NCBI GenBank assembly: GCA_002633005.1
Contig: NMRA01000746.1
Span: forward strand, 1 to 64,000
Length of the DNA stretch: 64,000 bases
Direction of reading: 5' to 3'
Origin: Phoronis australis
Taxonomy: Eukaryota > Animalia > Phoronida
Below the pieces are notes generated by a model, which was not told the DNA's origin, made no database searches, and saw nothing but the letters and a program-made list of their open reading frames with translations. Within the stretch, counting starts at the first letter, position 1. Each line of letters begins with the position of its first letter. The position numbers were made by a program, and so were the translations under genes. Positions 1 to 10,000 of the stretch are shown here, piece after piece.

Positions 1-3000
1 GTTTAAGGTTAGGGTTAGGTTTAGGCATTTGGGTAAAGGTTCAGGGCTAGGGTTAGGTTTAGGTTATTGTTAGGGTTAGGGTAAGTGTCAGGGTTAGGGT
101 AAGTGTTAAGGTTAGGGTTAAGGTTAGGTTTAGGGTTAGGTTTAGGGTTAGGTTTTGGGTTAAGGTTAGGTTAGTCTTGGGTTTAGGGTTATGGTTAGGG
201 TTAGGGTTAGGGTTTGTTTTAGGGTTAGGTTTAGGATTATGGGTAAATCTTCGGTTAGGGTTAGGGTTAGCGTTAGGGTAAGGTTTAGGTTTAGGGTTAG
301 GGTAAGGCTTAGGGTTAGGGTTAAGCATTTGCGTGAAGGTTCAGCTTAGGGTTAACGTTAGGGTTAGGGTCAGGGTTACGGTCATGCTTAGCCTTAGGGT
401 TAGGAATAGATTTAAGGTTAGGTTTTGAGTTAAGGTTACTGTTAGGGTTGGGTTTAGGGTTTGGGTTAGGGTTAGGGTTTGGGTTTGTTTTAGTGTTAGG
501 TTTAGGGTTATGGGTTATGGGCAAATCTTCAGCTTAGGGTTAGCTTCACGGTTAGGTTTAGGTGTAGTTATTCGGTTAGGTTCAGGCTTCTGCGTAAAGG
601 TTCAGCTTAGGTTTAACGTTAGGGTTAGGGCTAGAGTTATGGTTAGGGTTGGGGTTAGGGTTAGGGTTGGGGTTGGTATTGGGGTTGTGGTTGGGGTTGG
701 TGTTGGGCGTGGGTTTGGGGTTGGGGTTGGGCTTACGTTTAGGGTTATGGTTAGGGTTAGGGATAGGGTAAGGTTAGGGTTAGGGATAGGATTAGGTTGA
801 TGGGTAAATCTTCACCTGAGGGTTAGGGTTAGGTTTAGGGTTACGTTAAGGGTTAGTTTTTGGGTTAGGGTTAGTGTTAGGATTTGGGTTAGTTTTAGGG
901 TTAGGGTTAGGGTTATGGGTAAATCTTCAGCTTAGGGTTAGGGTTAGGGTTAGCTTTACGGTTAGGTTTAGGCTTTTGCATAAAGGTTCAGCTTAGGGTT
1001 ATCGTTAGTGTTAGGGTTAGGGTTAGGGTTAGGGTTAGATATAGTTCTAGGGTTAGAGTTATGGTTAATGTTCAGTTTAGGGTTAGGNNNNNNNNNNNNN
1101 NNNNNNNNNNNNNNNNNNNNNNNNNNNNNNNNNNNNNNNNNNNNNNNNNNNNNNNNNNNNNNNNNNNNNNNNNNNNNNNNNNNNNNNNNNNNNNNNNNNN
1201 NNNNNNNNNNNNNNNNNNNNNNNNNNNNNNNNNNNNNNNNNNNNNNNNNNNNNNNNNNNNNNNNNNNNNNNNNNNNNNNNNNNNNNNNNNNNNNNNNNNN
1301 NNNNNNNNNNNNNNNNNNNNNNNNNNNNNNNNNNNNNNNNNNNNNNNNNNNNNNNNNNNNNNNNNNNNNNNNNNNNNNNNNNNNNNNNNNNNNNNNNNNN
1401 NNNNNNNNNNNNNNNNNNNNNNNNNNNNNNNNNNNNNNNNNNNNNNNNNNNNNNNNNNNNNNNNNNNNNNNNNNNNNNNNNNNNNNNNNNNNNNNNNNNN
1501 NNNNNNNNNNNNNNNNNNNNNNNNNNNNNNNNNNNNNNNNNNNNNNNNNNNNNNNNNNNNNNNNNNNNNNNNNNNNNNNNNNNNNNNNNNNNNNNNNNNN
1601 NNNNNNNNNNNNNNNNNNNNNNNNNNNNNNNNNNNNNNNNNNNNNNNNNNNNNNNNNNNNNNNNNNNNNNNNNNNNNNNNNNNNNNNNNNNNNNNNNNNN
1701 NNNNNNNNNNNNNNNNNNNNNNNNNNNNNNNNNNNNNNNNNNNNNNNNNNNNNNAAGGTTTAGGTTTAGGGTTAGGGTAAGGCTTAGGGTTAGGGTTAAG
1801 CATTTGCGTGAAGGTTCAGCTTAGGGTTAACGTTAGGGTTAGGGTCAGGGTTACGGTCATGCTTAGCCTTAGGGTTAGGAATAGATTTAAGGTTAGGTTT
1901 TGAGTTAAGGTTACTGTTAGGGTTGGGTTTAGGGTTTGGGTTAGGGTTAGGGTTTGGGTTTGTTTTAGTGTTAGGTTTAGGGTTATGGGTTATGGGCAAA
2001 TCTTCAGCTTAGGGTTAGCTTCACGGTTAGGTTTAGGTGTAGTTATTCGGTTAGGTTCAGGCTTCTGCGTAAAGGTTCAGCTTAGGTTTAACGTTAGGGT
2101 TAGGGCTAGAGTTATGGTTAGGGTTGGGGTTAGGGTTAGGGTTGGGGTTGGTATTGGGGTTGTGGTTGGGGTTGGTGTTGGGCGTGGGTTTGGGGTTGGG
2201 GTTGGGCTTACGTTTAGGGTTATGGTTAGGGTTAGGGATAGGGTAAGGTTAGGGTTAGGGATAGGATTAGGTTGATGGGTAAATCTTCAACTGAGGGTTA
2301 GGGTTAGGTTTAGGGTTACGTTAAGGGTTAGTTTTTGGGTTAGGGTTAGTGTTAGGATTTGGGTTAGTTTTAGGGTTAGGGTTAGGGTTATGGGTAAATC
2401 TTCAGCTAGAGTTAGGGTTAGGGTTAGCGTTAGGGTTATGTTTAGGTTTAGGGTTAGGGTTAGGGTTAGGTTCAGGCATTTGCGTAAAGGTTCAGCTTAC
2501 GGTTAACGTTTGGTTAGGGTTAGGGTCAGGGTCAGGGTTAGGTTTATGCTTAGCGTTAGGGTTATGTGGAAATCTTCAGCTTAGGGTTAGGGATAAGGTT
2601 AGGGTTAGGGTTGGGGTTTGGGTTTGTTTTCGGGTTAGGGTAATGAGTAAATCTTCAGCTTGGAGTTAGGGTTATGTTTAGGGTTTGGGTTAGTGTTAGG
2701 ATTAGGGTTGCGGTTTGGGTTTGTTTTAGGGTTAGGGTTAGGGCTAGGGTTAGGATTATGTTTAGTGTTAAGGTTATGGGTAATTGTTCAGCTTAGGGTT
2801 AGGGTTAGGGTTAGTGTGAGGGTTAGGGTTAGGGCTAGGGTTAGGGTTAGGGTTAGGGTTAGGGTTAGGTTTAAGGTTAGGGTTAGGTTTAGGCTTTTGG
2901 GTAAAGGTTCAGGTCTAGGGTTAGGGTTAGGTTATGGTTAATGTTAGGGTTAGAGTTAGGTTTAGTGTTAGGGTTAGGGTTAGGTTTAGGTTTTGGGTAA

Positions 3001-5390
3001 GGATAGGGTTAGGGTTAGTGTTAGTGTTAGGGTTAGGGTTAGGGTTAGGGTTAGGGTTAGGGTTTGGGTTAAATTTAGGGTTAGGTTTTGGGTTAAGATT
3101 AGGGCTAGGGTTGGTTTTAGGGTTATGGTTATGGTTAGGGTTAGGGTTTGTTTTAGGGTTAGGTTTAGGGTTATGTGTAAATCTTCGGTTAGGGTTAGGG
3201 TTAGGTTTAGGTTTAGCGTTAGGGTTAGGTTTAGGTTTAGGGTTAGGGTAAGCTTTAGGGTTAGGGTTAGGCATTTGCGTCAAGGTTCAGCTTAGGGTTA
3301 ACGTTAGGGTTAGGTTTAGGGTTAGGTTTAGGGTTAGGGTCAGGTTTACCGTCATGCTTAGCGTTAGGGTTAGGGTTAGGGTTAGGCATTTGTGTAAAGG
3401 TTCTGCTTAGGGTTAACGTTAGGGTTAGTGTTAGGGTTAGGGTCAGGGTTACGGTCATGCTTAGCGTTAGGGTTAGGACTAGATTTAAATTTAGGTTTTG
3501 AATTAAGGTTACTGTTAGGGTTGGGTTTAGGGTTAGGGTTAGGGTTTGGGTTTGTTTTATGGTTAGGGTAAGGGTTATGGGTAAATCTTCAGCTTAGGGT
3601 TAGCGTTAGGGTTAGCTTTACGGTTAGGTTTAGGTTTAGGGATTCGGTTAGGTTTAGGCTTCTGCGTAAAGGTTCAGGTTAGGGTTAAAATTAGGGTTAG
3701 GGTTATAGTTATGGTTAGGGTTGGGTTGGTGTTGGGGTTGTGGTTGGGTTTGGGGTTGGTGTTGGGGTTGGGGTTGTGGTTAGGGTTAGGCGTGGGTTTT
3801 GGGTTGTGGTTGGGCTTACGTTTAGGGTTAGGTTTAGGGTTATGGGGAAATCTTTAGCTTAGCGTTAGGGTTAGGGTAAGGTTAGGGATACGATTAGGTT
3901 GGTGGGTAAATCTTCAACTGAGGGTTAGGGTTAGGTTTAGGGTTAGGGTTAGTTTTTGGGTTAGGGTTTGGGTTAGGATTTGGGTTAGTTTTAGGGTTAG
4001 GGTTAGGGTAATGGGTAAATCTTCAGCTTAGGGTTATGTTTAGTGTTAGGTTTAGAGTTAGGGTTAGGGTTAGGGCTAGGGTTAGGGTTAAGGTTATGTT
4101 TATTGTTAGGGTTATGGGTAAATGCTCAGCTTAGGGTTAGGGTTAGGTCTAGGGTTAGGGTTAAGGTTAGCTTTAGCGTTAGGGTTATGGGTAAATCTTC
4201 AGCTTAGGGTTAGGGTTATAGTTATGGTTGTGGTTATGGTTAAATCTTTAATTTAGGGTTAGGGTTAGGGTTAGAGTTACGGTTAATGTTAGGTTGAGGG
4301 TTAGGTTTAGCATTAGGGTTATGGGTAAATCTTCAGCTTATCGTTAGGGTTAGGGTTAGGGTTAGGGTTATTGTTAGGGTTAGGGTTATTGTTAGGGTTA
4401 GGGTTTGGATTAGGATTAGGTTCAGCGTTATTGTTATGTGTAAGTCATAAGCTTACGGTTAGGGTTATAGGGTTGGGGTTAAGGTTAAGGTTAGGGTTAG
4501 GGTTAGGGTTAGAGTTAGGGTTATGGTTAGGGTTAGGGTTTGAATTAGGGATAGCGTTAGGGTTAGGTTTAGCTTTAGGGTTAGGGTTAGGTTAGGCATT
4601 TGCGTATAGGTTCAGCTTAGGGTTAACGTTAGGGTTAGGGTTAGGGTTAGGGTCAGGGTTAGGGTCATGCTCAGCGTTAGGGTTATGGGTAAAGCTTCAG
4701 CTTATGGTTAGTGTTAGGTTTAGAGTTAGGGTTAGGGCTAGGGCTGTTGTTAGGGTTATGTTTATTGTAAGGTTTATGGGTAAATGTTCAGCTTAGTGTT
4801 AGGGTTAGGGTTAGGGTTAGGTCTAGGGATAGTGTTAGGGTTATGGTTAAGGTTAGGTTTAGTGTTATGGTTATGGGTAAATCTTCAGCTTAGGGTTAGG
4901 GTTAGGGTTAGGCTTTTGGGTAAAGCTTCAGCTTACGGTTAAGGTTAGGGTTAATGTTAGGGTTAGTGTTAGGGTTATGGTTATGGGTAAATCTTAAGCT
5001 TAGGTTTAGAGTTAGGGTTAGGGTTAGTATTACGGTTAGGGTTTGGGGTTAGGCTTAGGGTTAGGGTTAGGGCTAGGGCTAGGGTTAGTGTTAGGGTTAT
5101 GGTTAGTGTTAGGGTTAATTTTAGGGTTAGGGTTAGTGTTATTTTTAGGGTTATGTTTAAAACTTCAGCTTAGGGTTAGGGTTAGATTTAGGGTTACGGT
5201 TATGGTTAAATCTTTAGCTTAGTGTTAGGGTTAGGGTTAGTGTTACCGTTAGGGTTAGGGTTAGATTTAGGGTTAGGCTTAGGGTTAGGCTTAGGGTTAG
5301 GGTTAGGGTTAGGGTTACGGTTGGGGTTAGGGTTAGGTTAGGTTTAGATTAGGTTTTTGTTAGGGGTAACGTTAGGATTAGGGTTAGGTT
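1..5390 (+). repeat. Degenerate telomere-like (TTAGGG)n satellite with higher-order structure
   Basis: Continuous GGTTAG/TTAGGG hexamers with many variants (TTAGGT, TTATGG, TTAGTG, TTGGGG), interrupted by recurring GGGTAAATCTTCAGC and GCGTAAAGGTTCAGC motifs. 280-932 is almost identical to 1755-2407 (offset 1475); more diverged copies lie at ~2870-4030. Confidence 0.95.
1088..1754. other. Assembly gap (667 N)
   Basis: Run of N inside the satellite. Confidence 1.
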
Positions 5391-6330
5391 TCGGCCGCTC
5401 ATAGGATTGAGGTTAAGTTTACCGTTAAAAGTTTAGGATGAGAGTTAAGGTTAGGTTAAAGTTAGGCAAGGCTAGGTCTATGCCGGGTTAGTCCTAATGT
5501 GAGGCTCAGGGATAGGGTTTGGGTTAGTGTCAGGTTAGGTTGAGATTTAATTAGTGTTAGGGTTATAGGTTTCGGGTGAGGGTGGGGGTGAGTGTTAAGT
5601 TTAGAGTTCATAACGTAGAATTGATGGGAGGACTTGACAGGGACCTCAGGGGACTCACACTCCACTGATTTATCCACATTATTTTGAAAACGCTTTGCCC
5701 AGCCACACATTGTGTGTTATAAAAGAGATAAGCCTGCAGCTACATGGCGCAGCAAGTAAAACTACTCTCGTTTATCACATTGGTGTAGACTTACAGTTGA
5801 ACTGTGGTTTTCTGTTGACCCCAGACCGTCCGGAGTTGCACTATATATCAAATCCGGACGGTCTCTCACGACGATTTAGTGTTATATAGTTTTAGATTCG
5901 GGTTAGGGTTAGCCTGTCAGTGTTAGTGTTAGATAGTTTTAGGTTCATAGGCCGGTTAAATGTAAGGCTAGGCCCTGAATCGAGGTAGTATTAATAATTA
6001 GGGCTACATATTATAGCGTTAGGGTTTGGGTTAATTTTAATGTTTGGGTTAGGGTAGAGGTTAGCTAGCCCGGCGGTGCTCCGTCTGAACGGTTGGGCCT
6101 GGTCACTAGGGTTAGTGTATGGTTAGCCTAATCGGGCTTATAGGCCCTTTTGAGGTGTAGGGGTAGAGCTATAATGACGTTATTGTAAGGGTGAGGTTAG
6201 AGTTGGGTTAGTGTTTTTGAGTTATGTTTAGGGGGTGACTGTTAGGGCTAGGGTTGGGGAAAGTTTCTTATCGATATGGTTTGTGTTGTTTTAGGGTTAT
6301 TGTTAGGGTTAGGGTTAGGATAGGGTTTAG
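5391..6330 (+). repeat. Highly decayed GGTTAG-derived sequence interleaved with unique islands (transition zone)
   Basis: Scattered GGGTTAGGGTTAG remnants (~5900, ~6020, ~6303) around non-repetitive blocks such as 5610-5885. Confidence 0.7.
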
Positions 6331-6339
6331 ATTTTGATG

Positions 6340-7000
6340 CAACGCGTAGGTTTGCTTCAACCGTTGTGATAACATTGAAACAAGTATGTGATATATAGTT
6401 CAAAATTATCAAGATTGTTTATGTTTTTCCACCCATGGCATCCGTAACATTCGGCGGGCAGTGCCGGGTGGAGCTCATTTTGTCACGAAAACTGTAAGCA
6501 AAATATAGTGGAAACTGGTTGCTGATTTGTACTATAAATTGTTTCATTCATTACAAAAATATAAAAAGTTTCATGATATCTTGTAAAGTGTCAGAGCGCT
6601 TCGTGTACTCAAGTCCGAGCCTAGCGGATAGAGGTGCTCCCGATTACACCATGAGTTCCTCCGTGAGATGGGGCTGCATAGATATTTCTACGTCACACGA
6701 TAATGGCGGACTCTGGGCAAGAACCGATACCAGAACCTGTGGACAAAAAGGGTCAGACATGAGTGATATTCAATTACTTTCCTTGGATGCAGTATCTCTC
6801 TTGTATAACCGTGTCAAAAACTTGAATCTTTGCATTTTAGTTAAAATTTGTCGGCGATCTGTCGCGATTAAACACTTTTCAACACTAATCAATGAAGTGA
6901 ATATTTAGCGGAAGTCGAATAGATCATTTCCGTTTAAGAACGTTGAGCTTTGCCCTTGATTTGCCTTTGGCTTTGTCACAGTTATGTTCACCATGTTTCA
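6340..7000 (+). promoter_or_regulatory. Likely promoter/first-exon region of the MAP7-like gene
   Basis: Locally CpG-richer. TACGTCAC (CRE-like) at ~6689 lies just upstream of the ATGGCG start at 6703, and an ETS-type GCGGAAGT lies at ~6908. Inference only. Confidence 0.45.
6703..6751 (+). CDS. MAP7: MAP7-like putative coding exon 1 (MADSGQEPIPEPVDKK)
   Basis: ataATGGCG start; AAGG|gtcaga donor in phase 1 matches the next exon. The donor is moderately weak. Confidence 0.55.
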
Positions 7001-10000
7001 CCGCTGTGGGCGCATTGTCTCTTGGTGTTGATTAGGCAGGAATTAACTGACGGACGTTGGGCAGCTGCTCGATAAGTTGTGATGCCAATAATGAATAATG
7101 AACCACTCCCCTTTCTTGATAGCATTCATGAACTGTATGAGGTTGAACTGCACAGAAATGCAGGACCTAGAGTGTCTGTGCCCAAGTTTCACCTTTGGTG
7201 TAGCAGCTCACAGTTCCATTTGCAAGCCCTCGTTCGCCTTGGCTCGGCTTGGCCGAGGGGAAAACTTCCTGAGCCTTCCACCTCCAGTCCAGGGCAATTG
7301 TATTCATTGAAAAGAGATGATTGAGGATTTTTTGATCATTGATGGGGAATTTTTGATCCTGATGGAGCCGATGTCGGGCTCCAAAATGGAGGCTTGAAAG
7401 ACACTTTCCCTGCATTTATGAGGAGACAGCGTGGCTCAGTGACTTGAGTTACACACTCCGTTGTGGGAGACCCAGATTTGAATCCTGGCTTTAGTGGCAG
7501 ACAACCGAGCATTGCACATAGGTGTCTCCTGCTGCTCTGAGCTTGGTCTTACTGGTGAATGAATGAAAATATGCATGGAGTGAATGAGAAGCACTTCGAA
7601 ATACATCGAGTGTGAAGTGTAAAGAAGAGAAGGAAAGAAGTTATGTGTCAGCTAGTTTTGTCAAGACATGTAGCGAGGCTAATTCATGGGATTTCATCTA
7701 CGATGCTGCTGTCATTGTTTAGGTGCATTCTGGAGTTGTTGTTGGCTTGTAAACAGCCAATGACGTCACAGATATAACTTGTGAACGTCTAATCTGATTC
7801 ATCATCTGCATTTTTTTGGTGGTGATGTTTACTTCAGTGTGATCAGAAGCCTCGTGCTTAGAGAATCTTTGCGCAAAAAATGCACTATTTTTATGTATTA
7901 ATTTAAAGCATTTTGAGGCTCTTTGCCAGTGCAAGGGCTGCTTGCATAGGTACTCGCATCCAAATGGATGTTGTAGTAGAACCATGCTATTGAATGCTGG
8001 TATTTCTCTGACATTGTTTGCATGTCACCAAATTATGCATGTGATAGTTACAGGATGTTTGCAAGCTGGCAACTGTCCCACAATGCCTTTGAAAAATGAC
8101 GTCAGCATTGTTAATTGAGTAAGTTTTGCCATCTAGATGATCTCCCCTGAATTATAACACTTCTCCTCTGCTGATTTGTGGGAAGCCAGGGTGACAGTCA
8201 AGCATTTTAACTAATCGGCCTAAGAGCAATTGTGGGTTAGTGAGCGATTTAAAAAAGCTTGTACGCTACACCTGGAACTGGGAAATTAGTCATGCACAGT
8301 AGAGTCGTCCTTACAATTTTGGGTGGGAAGGTTGAGCATGGCACTCATTTGCCTCTTGAGGCCTTTGCGTGCGTCTGCAAGTTGGGTCTCTCACATTAGT
8401 TGGGCACTGTGAGAAAGTCCTTTCACTTGTATTCCGTGTCAGCGTTAAATTCAGGGCGCCTGTGTACGAGTAGAGCATCCAAACCAATCGGCCATAGAAC
8501 AATTGCCGGTTAGAGAGCAAGTTAGAGAGGCCTTTATTTGACTGTATGTCACTCCCAGGACCAGAAATTCACAACAGGAGGTACGGGTCTGTGTTTGCTT
8601 AAAAATGTAAGATGTTGGTCCTCAAATGTTGTTGTTTTGACTTGCTAACATTAGTAGCTGTCTGTTAAACTCTTACTGAATACGTAGCTGGTGGCAAAAC
8701 AAGAAACTGTTCATATGATGTTAGATTGTCAGGAGGTTGAGGTAGACACACTAAGACCAAATCGCTAAAAGAGCAAGGGATGGAAGATGCCTATGTACAA
8801 GTAGTTAAATGTTCAACAGAGATGTTTGACAGTCTGTTATGTGTCGGTATTAGAGGACGGTGTTTTCCTTTCCAACTCTAAAAATTGGAATACAGAAAAC
8901 GTTGACAATAGTTAGACCATAAATCAACTCAAGAGTATTCCAACAATGTGATGCTTTAGTCTTGAAACCTAAACACTACCGACGAAACACCACTGTTGAA
9001 ATGAGATTAAACTTTGTCAAGATTTTCTAGTCACAGAGCACTGTGCACAATGGCATGTAATAAAACAATAACATTAATGACCAAATAAAACAGTGAATGA
9101 GGCACAGGTTCTCAAACCATAACTAGGAAGTTTTATGTTAGAAAGTGTCACTGCCAAACATACTTACTGATCCACCGACAAGTTTTGTATTTGCCTGTTC
9201 TTGACCTTGTAAATCCTAAATTTCATTCAAGGTAACTGGTTTTTAATGACATCTGATCATCAGACCACAGAATGAGAGTTTTAACAAATCTTGAGTGAAT
9301 TTTATTTCTTTTGATTTTCTTCTGGTTTTTGAAAAAATAATTCTGTTGGTCGCTTACCTGCTGAGACTATGGCCTCCCTAGACTGTCCATATCTGATGTT
9401 TTGGCTTAAGTTCAAAACAATTTTTTTGTTGGGATCTGATTTATAAATATCAAAAACGAAATATGCAGTTCAACCAAAACAAAAGTTCATTTCAATTTTC
9501 ATCATTGATACGTTACGTCTGTAAGTGCACCCTGTATACGAACTTTCACCACAATTTAATTGGTACAGGGAAATGGAGTAATATTTTTTATTTTCTAAAA
9601 ATACAGAAGTTTTGTGTTTGTTTGTGTGCGTGTGCGTGCGTGTGATTATACAAGAGAAATATATGAAGTTCTTCTTTCGTTGTCAAGCATTGAGTGTTCA
9701 TCGTTCGCTCACTGTGTTGTGCAGCAGTGTAGTTTAATGAGTTCAAAATAAATATTTCCAGGTGAATGAACTAGCTGCAATGAAGCTTCCAGCTGGGCAG
9801 CTGTTAACCAAAATGTTGTTGTGAACTTATTGATTGCCTTTGTCTGATCTGAATATTCCGTAAGACATTAGACATATTCTGTTTAAAAAATTTAAAACAT
9901 CTGCTTCGTGAATTAAACTCTAAATTTTGATACAGGATTGATGTGTAATTTATGCGATGTCAGATAAAGTTTAAGATTTTTGTGTGCGATTGAAATTTAG

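Noticed and set aside
59-4595. ORFs rich in NP, LG, VR or LT dipeptides, and ORFs spanning the N gap
   Set aside because: These are translations of TTAGGG-like repeats and Ns, not genes
1-5390. CRISPR-like reading of the constant motifs separated by variable spacers
   Set aside because: The spacers are telomeric hexamers of variable length, the context is eukaryotic and there are no cas genes
1-5390. Functional chromosome-end telomere
   Set aside because: Wrong strand orientation for a left end and too degenerate, with no long pure TTAGGG tract
5610-6330. Telomerase RNA gene on the minus strand
   Set aside because: CTAACCCTAA matches are explained by the repeats; I could not identify a pseudoknot, CR4/5 or H/ACA domain
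7422-7500. tRNA gene (also 38575-38647)
   Set aside because: The boxes are degenerate, there is no clean cloverleaf, and the two copies share a non-tRNA body, which indicates a SINE
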